64,000 nucleotides of DNA from Nemertoderma westbladi (taxonomy: Eukaryota; Animalia; Xenacoelomorpha), in assembly GCA_032718475.1 (NCBI GenBank), contig JAUCBJ010006976.1, positions 38,169-102,168 of the forward strand, written 5' to 3'. The notes below the pieces were generated by a model that saw only the letters and a list, made by a program, of their open reading frames with translations, was not told the DNA's origin and did not search any database. Below are positions 30,001 to 42,481 of the stretch, one piece after another; the first letter of the stretch is position 1; each line of letters opens with the position of its first letter. The translations under genes and the position numbers were made by a program.

Positions 30001-33000
30001 CAGGAATAAATAGCCGACACACTGAAGTGAGTAAAAGTTACCGGAATAAATAACCGACACACTGAAGTGAGTAAAAGTTACAGGAATAAATAGCCGACAC
30101 ACTGAAGTGAGTAAAAGTTACAGGAATAAATAGCCGACACACTGAAGTGAGTAAAAGTTACCGTAATAAATAGCCGACACACTGAAGTGAATAAAAGTTA
30201 CAGGAATAAATAGCCGACACACTGAAGTGAGTAAAAGTTACCGTAATAAATAGCCGACACACTGAAGTGAGTAAAAGTTACAGGAATAAATAGCCGACAC
30301 ACTGAAGTGAGTAAAAGTTACCGGAATAAATAACCGACACACTGAAGTGAGTAAAAGTTACAGGAATAAATAGCCGACACACTGAAGTGAGTAAAAGTTA
30401 CAGGAATAAATAGCCGACACACTGAAGTGAGTAAAAGTTACCGGAATAAATAACCGACACACTGAAGTGAGTAAAAGTTACAGGAATAAATAGCCGACAC
30501 ACTGAAGTGAGTAAAAGTTACAGGAATAAATAGCCGACACACTGAAGTGAGTAAAAGTTACAGGAATAAATAGCCGACACACTGAAGTGAGTAAAAGTTA
30601 CAGGAATAAATAGCCGACACACTGAAGTGAGTAAAAGTTACAGGAATAAATAGCCGACACACTGAAGTGAGTAAAAGTTACCGTAATAAATAGCCGACAC
30701 ACTGAAGTGAGTAAAAGTTACAGGAATAAATAGCCGGCACACTGAAGTGAGTAAAAGTTACAGGAATAAATAGCCGACACACTGAAGTGAGTAAAAGTTA
30801 CCGTAATAAATAGCCGACACACTGGAGTGAGTAAAAGTTACCGGAATAAATAGCCGATACACTGAAGTGAGTAAAAGTTACAGGAATAAATAGCCGGCAC
30901 ACTGAAGTGAGTAAAAGTTACCGTAATGAATAGCCGACACACTGAAGTGAGTAAAAGTTACAGGAATAAATAGCCGACACACTGAAGTGAGTAAAAGTTA
31001 CAGGAATAAATAGCCGACACACTGAAGTGAGTAAAAGTTACAGGAATAAATAGCCGGCACACTGAAGTGAGTAAGAGTTACCGTAATAAATAGCCGACAC
31101 ACTGAAGTGAGTAAAAGTTACCGGAATAAATAGCCGACACACTGAAGTGAGTAAAAGTTACAGGAATAAATAGCCGGCACACTGAAGTGAGTAAGAGTTA
31201 CCGTAATAAATAGCCGACACACTGAAGTGAGTAAAAGTTACCGTAATAAATAGCCGGCACACTGAAGTGAGTAAAAGTTACAGGAATAAATAGCCGGCAC
31301 ACTGAAGTGAGTAAAAGTTACCGTAATAAATAGCCGGCACACTGAAGTGAGTAAAAGTTACCGTAATAAATAGCCGGCACACTGAAGTGAGTAAAAGTTA
31401 CAGGAATAAATAGCCGACACACTGAAGTGAGTAAAAGTTACCGGAATAAATAACCGACACACTGAAGTGAGTAAAAGTTACAGGAATAAATAGTCGACAC
31501 ACTGAAGTGAGTAAAAGTTACCGTAATAAATAGCCGACACACTGAAGTGAGTAAAAGTTACCGTAATAAATAGCCGGCACACTGAAGTGAGTAAAAGTTA
31601 CAGGAATAAATAGCCGGCACACTGAAGTGAGTAAAAGTTACAGGAATAAATAGCCGACACACTGAAGTGAGTAAAAGTTACAGGAATAAATAGCCGACAC
31701 ACTGAAGTGAGTAAAAGTTACCGTAATAAATAGCCGGCACACTGAAGTGAGTAAAAGTTACAGGAATAAATAGCCGGCACACTGAAGTGAGTAAGAGTTA
31801 CCGTAATAAATAGCCGACACACTGAAGTGAGTAAAAGTTACCGTAATAAATAGCCGGTACACTGAAGTGAGTAAAAGTTACAGGAATAAATAGCCGACAC
31901 ACTGAAGTGAGTAAAAGTTACCGTAATAAATAGCCGGCACACTGAAGTGAGTAAAAGTTACCGTAATAAATAGCCGACACACTGAAGTGAGTAAAAGTTA
32001 CCGTAATAAATAGCCGACACACTGAAGTGAGTAAAGGAATAAATAGCCGACACACTGAAGTGAGTAAAAGTTACCGTAATAAATAGCCGGCACACTGAAG
32101 TGAGTAAAAGTTACAGGAATAAATAGCCGACACACTGAAGTGAGTAAAAGTTACCGTAATAAATAGCTGACACACTGTAGTGAGTAAAAGTTACCGTAAT
32201 AAATAGCCGACACACTGAAGTGAGTAAAAGTTACAGGAATAAATAGCCGACACACTGAAGTGAGTAAAAGTTACCGTAATAAATAGCCGACACACTGTAG
32301 TGAGTAAAAGTTACCGTAATAAATAGCCGACACACTGAAGTGAGTAAAAGTTACAGGAATAAATAGCCGACACACTGAAGTGAGTAAAAGTTACAGGAAT
32401 AAATAGCCGACACACTGAAGTGAGTAAAAGTTACCGTAATAAATAGCCGGCACACTGAAGTGAGTAAAAGTTACCGTAATAAATAGCCGACACACTGAAG
32501 TGAGTAAAAGTTACAGGAATAAATAGCCGACACACTGAAGTGAGTAAAAGTTACCGTAATAAATAGCCGACACACTGAAGTGAGTAAAAGTTACCGGAAT
32601 AAATAGCCGACACACTGGAGTGAGTAAAAGTTACCGGAATAAATAACCGACACACTGAAGTGAGTAAAAGTTACAGGAATAAATAGCCGACACACTGAAG
32701 TGAGTAAAAGTTACCGGAATAAATAACCGACACACTGAAGTGAGTAAAAGTTACCGGAATAAATAGCCGACACACTGAAGTGAGTAAAAGTTACAGGAAT
32801 AAATAGCCGACACACTGAAGTGAGTAAAAGTTACAGGAATAAATAGCCGACACACTGAAGTGAGTAAAAGTTACCGTAATAAATAGCCGACATACTGAAG
32901 TGAGTAAAAGTTACAGGAATAAATAGCCGACACACTGAAGTGAGTAAAAGTTACCGTAATAAATAGCCGACACACTGAAGTGAGTAAAAGTTACCGGAAT

Positions 33001-36000
33001 AAATAGCTGACACACTGGAGTGAGTAAAAGTTACCGTAATAAATAGCCGACACACTGAAGTGAGTAAAAGTTACCGGAATAAATAGCCGACAAACTGAAG
33101 TGAGTAAAAGTTACAGGAATAAATAGCCGACACACTGAAGTGAGTAAAAGTTACCGTAATAAATAGCCGACACACTGAAGTGAGTAAAAGTTACCGGAAT
33201 AAATAACCGACACACTGAAGTGAGTAAAAGTTACCGTAATAAATAGCCGACACACTGAAGTGAGTAAAAGTTACCGGAATAAATAGCCGACACACTGGAG
33301 TGAGTAAAAGTTACCGGAATAAATAACCGACACACTGAAGTGAGTAAAAGTTACAGGAATAAATAGCCGACACACTGAAGTGAGTAAAAGTTACCGTAAT
33401 AAATAGCCGACACACTGAAGTGAGTAAAAGTTACAGGAATAAATAGCCGACACACTGAAGTGAGTAAAAGTTACCGTAATAAATAGCCGACACACTGGAG
33501 TGAGTAAAAGTTACCGGAATAAATAACCGACACACTGAAGTGAGTAAAAGTTACAGGAATAAATAGCCGACACACTGAAGTGAGTAAAAGTTACCGGAAT
33601 AAATAACCGACACACTGAAGTGAGTAAAAGTTACCGGAATAAATAGCCGACACACTGAAGTGAGTAAAAGTTACCGTAATAAATAGCCGACACACTGAAG
33701 TGAGTAAAAGTTACCGTAATAAATAGCCGACACACTGAAGTGAGTAAAAGTTACCGTAATAAATAGCCGACACACTGAAGTGAGTAAAAGTTACCGTAAT
33801 AAATAGCCGACACACTGAAGTGAGTAAAAGTTACCGTAATAAATAGCCGACACACTGAAGTGAGTAAAAGTTACCGTAATAAATAGCCGACACACTGAAG
33901 TGAGTAAAAGTTACCGTAATAAATAGCCGACACACTGAAGTGAGTAAAAGTTACAGGAATAAATAGCCGACACACTGAAGTGAGTAAAAGTTACCGTAAT
34001 AAATAGCCGACACACTGAAGTGAGTAAAAGTTACCGTAATAAATAGCCGACACACTGAAGTGAGTAAAAGTTACCGTAATAAATAGCCGACACACTGAAG
34101 TGAGTAAAAGTTACAGGAATAAATAGCCGACACACTGAAGTGAGTAAAAGTTACCGTAATAAATAGCCGACACACTGGAGTGAGTAAAAGTTACCGGAAT
34201 AAATAGCCGATACACTGAAGTGAGTAAAAGTTACAGGAATAAATAGCCGGCACACTGAAGTGAGTAAAAGTTACCGTAATGAATAGCCGACACACTGAAG
34301 TGAGTAAAAGTTACAGGAATAAATAGCCGACACACTGAAGTGAGTAAAAGTTACAGGAATAAATAGCCGACACACTGAAGTGAGTAAAAGTTACAGGAAT
34401 AAATAGCCGGCACACTGAAGTGAGTAAGAGTTACCGTAATAAATAGCCGACACACTGAAGTGAGTAAAAGTTACCGGAATAAATAGCCGACACACTGAAG
34501 TGAGTAAAAGTTACAGGAATAAATAGCCGGCACACTGAAGTGAGTAAGAGTTACCGTAATAAATAGCCGACACACTGAAGTGAGTAAAAGTTACAGAAAT
34601 AAATAGCTGACACACTGAAGTGAGTAAAAGTTACCGTAATAAATAGCCGACACACTGAAGTGAGTAAAAGTTACCGTAATAAATAGCCGACACACTGAAG
34701 TGAGTAAAAGTTACCGTAATAAATAGCCGACACACTGAAGTGAGTAAAAGTTACCGTAATAAATAGCCGGCACACTGAAGTGAGTAAAAGTTACCGTAAT
34801 AAATAGCCGGCACACTGAAGTGAGTAAAAGTTACCGTAATAAATAGCCGACACACTGAAGTGAGTAAAAGTTACCGTAATAAATAGCCGACACACTGAAG
34901 TGAGTAAAAGTTACCGTAATAAATAGCCGGCACACTGAAGTGAGTAAAAGTTACAGGAATAAATAGCCGGCACACTGAAGTGAGTAAAAGTTACAGGAAT
35001 AAATAGCCGACACACTGAAGTGAGTAAAAGTTACAGGAATAAATAGCCGACACACTGAAGTGAGTAAAAGTTACAGGAATAAATAGCCGGCACACTGAAG
35101 TGAGTAAAAGTTACCGTAATAAATAGCCGACACACTGAAGTGAGTAAAAGTTACCGTAATAAATAGCCGACACACTGAAGTGAGTAAAAGTTACCGTAAT
35201 AAATAGCCGGCACACTGAAGTGAGTAAAAGTTACAGGAATAAATAGCCGGCACACTGAAGTGAGTAAAAGTTACCGTAATAAATAGCCGGCACACTGAAG
35301 TGAGTAAAAGTTACCGTAATAAATAGCCGGCACACTGAAGTGAGTAAAAGTTACCGTAATAAATAGCCGACACACTGAAGTGAGTAAAAGTTACCGGAAT
35401 AAATAGCCGGCACACTGAAGTGAGTAAAAGTTACCGGAATAAATAGCCGACACACTGAAGTGAGTAAAAGTTACAGGAATAAATAGCCGGCACACTGAAG
35501 TGAGTAAAAGTTACCGGAATAAATAGCCGACACACTGAAGTGAGTAAAAGTTACAGGAATAAATAGCCGGCACACTGAAGTGAGTAAAAGTTACAGGAAT
35601 AAATAACCGACACACTGAAGTGAGTAAAAGTTACAGGAATAAATAGCCGGCACACTGAAGTGAGTAAAAGTTACAGGAATAAATAACCGACACACTGAAG
35701 TGAGTAAAAGTTACAGGAATAAATAGCCGGCACACTGAAGTGAGTAAAAGTTACAGGAATAAATAACCGACACACTGAAGTGAGTAAAAGTTACAGGAAT
35801 AAATAGTCGACACACTGAAGTGAGTAAAAGTTACCGTAATAAATAGCCGGCACACTGAAGTGAGTAAAAGTTACAGGAATAAATAGTCGACACACTGAAG
35901 TGAGTAAAAGTTACCGTAATAAATAGCCGACACACTGAAGTGAGTAAAAGTTACAGGAATAAATAGTCGACACACTGAAGTGAGTAAAAGTTACCGTAAT

Positions 36001-39000
36001 AAATAGCCGGCACACTGAAGTGAGTAAAAGTTACAGGAATAAATAGTCGACACACTGAAGTGAGTAAAAGTTACCGTAATAAATAGCCGACACACTGAAG
36101 TGAGTAAAAGTTACCGTAATAAATAGCCGACACACTGAAGTGAGTAAAAGTTACCGTAATAAATAGCCGACACACTGAAGTGAGTAAAAGTTACCGTAAT
36201 AAATAGCCGGCACACTGAAGTGAGTAAAAGTTACAGGAATAAATAGTCGACACACTGAAGTGAGTAAAAGTTACCGTAATAAATAGCCGACACACTGAAG
36301 TGAGTAAAAGTTACCGGAATAAATAGCCGACACACTGAAGTGAGTAAAAGTTACCGTAATAAATAGCCGACACACTGAAGTGAGTAAAAGTTACCGTAAT
36401 AAAGAGCCGACACACTGAAGTGAGTAAAAGTTACCGTAATAAATAGCCGACACACTGAAGTGAGTAAAAGTTACAGGAATAAATAGCCGGCACACTGAAG
36501 TGAGTAAAAGTTACAGGAATAAATAACCGACACACTGAAGTGAGTAAAAGTTACAGGAATAAATAGCCGGCACACTGAAGTGAGTAAAAGTTACAGGAAT
36601 AAATAACCGACACACTGAAGTGAGTAAAAGTTACCGTAATAAATAGCCGACACACTGAAGTGAGTAAAAGTTACCGTAATAAATAGCCGGCACACTGAAG
36701 TGAGTAAAAGTTACAGGAATAAATAGTCGACACACTGAAGTGAGTAAAAGTTACCGTAATAAATAGCCGACACACTGAAGTGAGTAAAAGTTACCGTAAT
36801 AAATAGCCGGCACACTGAAGTGAGTAAAAGTTACAGGAATAAATAGCCGGCACACTGAAGTGAGTAAAAGTTACAGGAATAAATAGCCGACACACTGAAG
36901 TGAGTAAAAGTTACAGGAATAAATAGCCGACACACTGAAGTGAGTAAAAGTTACAGGAATAAATAGCCGGCACACTGAAGTGAGTAAAAGTTACCGTAAT
37001 AAATAGCCGACACACTGAAGTGAGTAAAAGTTACCGGAATAAATAACCGACACACTGAAGTGAGTAAAAGTTACAGGAATAAATAGTCGACACACTGAAG
37101 TGAGTAAAAGTTACCGTAATAAATAGCCGACACACTGAAGTGAGTAAAAGTTACCGTAATAAATAGCCGGCACACTGAAGTGAGTAAAAGTTACAGGAAT
37201 AAATAGCCGGCACACTGAAGTGAGTAAAAGTTACAGGAATAAATAGCCGACACACTGAAGTGAGTAAAAGTTACAGGAATAAATAGCCGACACACTGAAG
37301 TGAGTAAAAGTTACCGTAATAAATAGCCGGCACACTGAAGTGAGTAAAAGTTACAGGAATAAATAGCCGACACACTGAAGAAGTGAGTAAAAGTTACCGT
37401 AATAAATAGCCGACACACTGAAGTGAGTAAAAGTTACCGGAATAAATAGCTGACACACTGAAGTGAGTAAAAGTTACCGTAATAAATAGCCGACACACTG
37501 AAGTGAGTAAAAGTTACCGTAATAAATAGCCGACACACTGGAGTGAGTAAAAGTTACCGTAATAAATAGCCGACACACTGAAGTGAGTAAAAGTTACCGT
37601 AATAAATAGCCGACACACTGGAGTGAGTAAATACCGGAATAAATAGCCGACACACTGAATGAAGTGAGTAAAAGTTACCGTAATAAATAGCCGACGCACT
37701 GAAGTGAGTAAAAGTTACCGTAATAAATAGCCGACACACTGAAGTGAGTAAAAGTTACCGTAATAAATAGCCGACACACTGAAGTGAGTAAAAGTTACCG
37801 GAATAAATAGCCGACACACTGAATGAAGTGAGTAAAAGTTACCGTAATAAATAGCCGACGCACTGAAGTGAGTAAAAGTTACCGTAATAAATAGCCGACA
37901 CACTGAAGTGAGTAAAAGTTACCGTAATAAATAGCCGACACAATGAAGTGAGTAAAAGTTACCGTAATAAATAGCCGACACACTGAAGTGAGTAAAAGTT
38001 ACCGTAATAAATAGCCGACACACTGAAGTGAGTAAAAGTTACCGTAATAAATAGCCGACACACTGGAGTGAGTAAAAGTTACCGTAATAAATAGCCGACG
38101 CACTGAAGTGAGTAAAAGTTACAGGAATAAATAGCCGACACACTGAAGTGAGTAAAAGTTACCGTAATAAATAGCCGACACACTGAAGTGAGTAAAAGTT
38201 ACCGTAATAAATAGCCGACACACTGAAGTGAGTAAAAGTTACCGTAATAAATAGCCGACACACTGGAGTGAGTAAAAGTTACCGTAATAAATAGCCGACA
38301 CACTGAAGTGAGTAAAAGTTACCGTAATAAATAGCCGACACACTGAAGTGAGTAAAAGTTACCGTAATAAATAGCCTTACACTGAAGTGAGTAAAAGTTA
38401 CCGTAATAAATAGCCGACACACTGGAGTGAGTAAAAGTTACCGGAATAAATAGCCGACACACTGAGGTGAGTAAAAGTTACCGTAATAAATAGCCGACAC
38501 ACTGAAGTGAGTAAAAGTTACCGTAATAAATAGCCGACACACTGAAGTGAGTAAAAGTTACCGTAATAAATAGCCGACACACTGAAGTGAGTAAAAGTTA
38601 CCGGAATAAATAGCCGACACACTGGAGTGAGTAAAAGTTACCGTAATAAATAGCCGACACACTGAAGTGAGTAAAAGTTACCGTAATAAATAGCCGACAC
38701 ACTGAAGTGCGTAAAAGTTACCGTAATAAATAGCCGACACACTGAAGTGAGTAAAAGTTACCGTAATAAATAGCCGACACACTGAAGTGAGTAAAAGTTA
38801 CAGGAATAAATAGCCGACACACTGAAGTGAGTAAAAGTTACAGGAATAAATAGCCGACACACTGAAGTGAGTAAAATTTACAGGAATAAATAGCCGACAC
38901 ACTGAAGTGAGTAAAAGTTACAGGAATAAATAGCCGACACACTGAAGTGAGTAAAAGTTACCGTAATAAATAGCCGACACACTGAAGTGAGTAAAAGTTA

Positions 39001-40331
39001 CAGGAATAAATAGCCGGCACACTGAAGTGAGTAAAAGTTACCGTAATAAATAGCCGACACACTGAAGTGAGTAAAAGTTACAGGAATAAATAGCTGACAC
39101 ACTGAAGTGAGTAAAAGTTACCGTAATAAATAGCCGACACACTGAAGTGAGTAAAAGTTACAGGAATAAATAGCTGACACACTGAAGTGAGTAAAAGTTA
39201 CCGTAATAAATAGCCGACACACTGAAGTGAGTAAAAGTTACAGGAATAAATAGCCGGCACACTGAAGTGAGTAAAAGTTACCGTAATAAATAGCCGACAC
39301 ACTGAAGTGAGTAAAAGTTACAGGAATAAATAGCCGACACACTGAAGTGAGTAAAAGTTACAGGAATAAATAGCCGGCACACTGAAGTGAGTAAAAGTTA
39401 CAGGAATAAATAGCCGGCACACTGAAGTGAGTAAAAGTTACCGTAATAAATAGCCGACACACTGAAGTGAGTAAAAGTTACCGGAATAAATAGCCGACAC
39501 ACTGAAGTGAGTAAAAGTTACATGAATAAATAGCCGACACACTGAAGTGAGTAAAAGTTACAGGAATAAATAGCCGACACACTGAAGTGAGTAAAAGTTA
39601 CAGGAATAAATAGCCGGCACACTGAAGTGAGTAAAAGTTACAGGAATAAATAACCGACACACTGAAGTGAGTAAAAGTTACAGGAATAAATAGCCGGCAC
39701 ACTGAAGTGAGTAAAAGTTACCGTAATAAATAGCCGACACACTGAAGTGAGTAAAAGTTACCGGAATAAATAGCCGACACACTGAAGTGAGTAAAAGTTA
39801 CATGAATAAATAGCCGACACACTGAAGTGAGTAAAAGTTACCGGAATAAATAGCCGGCACACTGAAGTGAGTAAAAGTTACAGGAATAAATAGCCGACAC
39901 ACTGAAGTGAGTAAAAGTTACCGTAATAAATAGCCGACACACTGAAGTGAGTAAAAGTTACAGGAATAAATAGCCGGCACACTGAAGTGAGTAAAAGTTA
40001 CCGTAATAAATAGCCGACACACTGACGTGAGTAAAAGTTACAGGAATAAATAGCCGACACACTGAAGTGAGTAAAAGTTACAGGAATAAATAGCCGACAC
40101 ACTGAAGTGAGTAAAAGTTACCGTAATAAATAGCCGACACACTGAAGTGAGTAAAAGTTACCGGAATAAATAACCGACACACTGAAGTGAGTAAAAGTCA
40201 CCGTAATAAAGAGCCGACACACTGAAGTGAGTAAAAGTTACAGGAATAAATAGCCAACACACTGAAGTGAGTAAAAGTTACCGTAATAAATAGCCGACAC
40301 ACTGAAGTGAGTAAAAGTTACAGGAATAAAT
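1..40331. repeat. 40-bp tandem satellite array (~1000 monomers, runs off the left edge)
   Basis: Monomer CGTAATAAATAGCCGACACACTGAAGTGAGTAAAAGTTAC repeated head-to-tail without spacers. Main variants are CCGT/CAGG/CCGG after GTTA and GAC/GGC, with rare small indels. It ends abruptly at ...CAGGAATAAAT|TGGAGAG. Confidence 0.99.
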
Positions 40332-40726
40332 TGGAGAGTAGCACACAATCAGAACCACCTTAGGAAACTTCTTAGCCAGTCTTCCAGAACATGAGAAGTG
40401 GCAACGGATGATGCGGTTAGAGATTTGGTCTATTTTGTCCAATGCTGGATGTGCAGTTGGATTCATCAATAGACCAATACCACCATTGCCACTATCGTCT
40501 GCTGACGCGAGGGCGAGGCACCAACCGCCCCCATGTCCTTAATCAGAGCCTCATCAGTCTGTCCAGTCTGCATTCGGTGCTCTTGAACACCCACTGCGCT
40601 AAGAGAAAGCTTATCTGCCAGGGCAGTCAGCTCACCTTGTCGCATTGGGGACCCGAGTGTTAGGGTGTTTACTGAGGCTAGTCTAGTGACTCGGCTCAGA
40701 TTCACCAATGGCTTTGTTCCAATCAT
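40332..40726 (-). mobile_element. Degenerate non-LTR retrotransposon (RTE-like) APE endonuclease 5' fragment, truncated by the satellite
   Basis: Minus strand reads LASVNTLTL...AVGVQEHR, then after a 1-nt frameshift in a G run GGWCLALASADDSGNGGIGLLMNP...ISNRIIRCHF...VLIVCYSP. These are the typical N-terminal EEP motifs (N-x-x-T-L, QEH, GGIGLL, CYSP). Confidence 0.75.
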
Positions 40727-41114
40727 TTTAATTTTTTTTGAGTGATATCTAATATTCTGGAAATGCTACCGCTCCCAGCTACAATATTTCTCACACTGAC
40801 TGCCCTATGATCTATACGTCCTTCCATTGTCCGAAAACTTATTGACCGTATCTGTAAGGCGTGCCTCCAAGGTTTTACTAAAGAAACACAGTGCTGTCAA
40901 ATTCCCAGATGAGTTAGAGGTAGATGGTCCACACCCTGTCCCGATAACGGTTGACAATGACTCCCATTAGTCAAACAACATGATAAACCAGAATCTTTTG
41001 TATAATATCATTTGATCAATATATTTTTGCGACTCGAAAAAAAGATGTAAAAACGAAATTTGCTGAAAAAAATGTTCAAAATAGTTAAGTAATTTTCATA
41101 TAATTCCCTCTCAG

Positions 41115-41347
41115 ATGATCCACACTTACATGGAACACATCGAGAGGATGAAGGTTTCCCAAATTGATTCGCATTCTTCCAGAACGTTCCACTCCGCCAG
41201 AACGCCTCCTGGCCGGGGTAAAATCATGTCGCCAACGCAATTCGGCGTGACGGCTGTGGGAAGTCCGGACACTGAGAGGGGTAGAGGGCTTCGATTGGAG
41301 CAGAGGAGTAGAGATGACGTCATAGTGTACCAGGAGAAAAATATTAG
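41115..41347 (+). CDS. MAPK8IP3: JIP3/JIP4-family scaffold protein, internal exon A (end of RH1 coiled coil)
   Basis: Acceptor ttccctctcag|, peptide MIHTYMEHIERMK resembles JIP3 MIQTYVEHIERSK, donor AG|gttagt (phase 2) is compatible with the next exon. The symbol denotes the family (MAPK8IP3/SPAG9/syd/unc-16). Confidence 0.85.
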
Positions 41348-41545
41348 GTTAGTGTAAATTATTAGGTTATCCTTTACGGATTCCATACATTATTAAATAC
41401 AAGTTAATTTCTCTAAGTTTATTTTATAAATATCTATAACATTGGGATGGCCATTTATGTCAATTATTATTGGTGTTTTGGGTGAATGAGTAGTTTCATA
41501 TTATTATAACTTTTTGTTGGGCTCAGCTCTTACAAAGTCGGCAAT

Positions 41546-41633
41546 GACGTCCAGGTGGGATCGAACTTGTGACCTCCGGGCTCCGGGTTGGAAGTTTGGC
41601 ATTCTAACCATTCAGCTAGCGGCTCAGGTAAAA
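41546..41633 (-). mobile_element. tRNA-derived SINE head (A-box/B-box)
   Basis: Minus strand GAGCCGCTAGCTGAATGGTTAGA...CAAGTTCGATCCCACC has an A-box-like TAGCTGAATGG and a B-box-like GTTCGATCC, but no pairing acceptor stem. Confidence 0.6.
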
Positions 41634-41743
41634 TTGGATTGAGCACAGTGGCAGCAGATGTTGGTATTGACAGATAGGAGGCCATGAGGACGTAAATTGC
41701 GGACATACAAGGTATCAGGTAGTATTTCCAGGTATACAGTATC

Positions 41744-41805
41744 TTTTACCTGAGCCGCTAGCTGAATGGTTATAGCGTCAGACTCGGTTAGAGGGTTAGG
41801 TCACA
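41744..41805 (+). mobile_element. Second, partial copy of the same tRNA-SINE head in opposite orientation
   Basis: 41744-41772 TTTTACCTGAGCCGCTAGCTGAATGGTTA is the exact reverse complement of 41605-41633. Confidence 0.55.
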
Positions 41806-42065
41806 TGAAATTTGAAACAGAGAGTTTCATTTTCCGATCACTTATTGGGTGAGCCAGAATATTCATTTTTGATTTCAATAATTACCTACAAGCGTTTTTA
41901 AAAATGTGTCTGTCGATTTAGCGGTTTTAATAATTAATTATTCAGGAAAGTTTTGTAAATACGCTACATTCAAGGTGCGTTCGTTTATATTTAATCAGAA
42001 ATTCAATAACGTTTAGGAAGTGTCACCAATCCAGGACATGTTTGATCAACAGATTTTAATTTCAG

Positions 42066-42195
42066 ACAAGAAATAATAGAAGTTGATGAACCAGATATCG
42101 GTGGCTATGGTCGTTTAAAAGCGGAACCATGGCAACAGAGTTCTCTAGAAGGCGAATCTGATAATATAAGTCAGAAGAATATAGCGTTGAAACCT
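42066..42195 (+). CDS. MAPK8IP3: JIP3/JIP4-family exon B (low-conservation linker)
   Basis: ttttaatttcag| acceptor; open frame (R)QEIIEVDEPDIGGYGRLKAEPWQQSSLEGESDNISQKNIALKP; strong donor |gtgagt; phase 2 in and phase 0 out match both neighbours. Confidence 0.75.
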
Positions 42196-42481
42196 GTGAG
42201 TTGTGTTTATTTTATTGATAATTTAGTGTTTAGTAATTTAGATCCATACACTAGAACTTATAGAAAATAATTATTTTAGAACTATTATATTCTTAATTAT
42301 TGGTTTCAGAAATTTAACGGAAAACCTATTCATTAAATGTGTATGAAATACATGTCGGTTCCTAGTTTGATTTTTCATCACTCACTTCGATCGTTCGTGT
42401 AAATATCCACGAAACGGACATAAATAAATATAAATAAATTATTGTTATTATTTTGTTGAACTGATTGCGAATGTTATATCT

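Noticed and set aside
757-37903. Many 61-74 aa minus-strand ORFs (MCRLFI...)
   Set aside because: By-products of indels or stop-removing variants in the 40-bp satellite; GTG starts; no coding signal.
1-40331. CRISPR array
   Set aside because: Monomers are contiguous with no unique spacers, there are no cas genes, and the context is a spliced eukaryotic gene.
41546-41626. Functional tRNA gene
   Set aside because: A and B boxes are present but the acceptor and anticodon stems do not pair; better explained as a SINE head.
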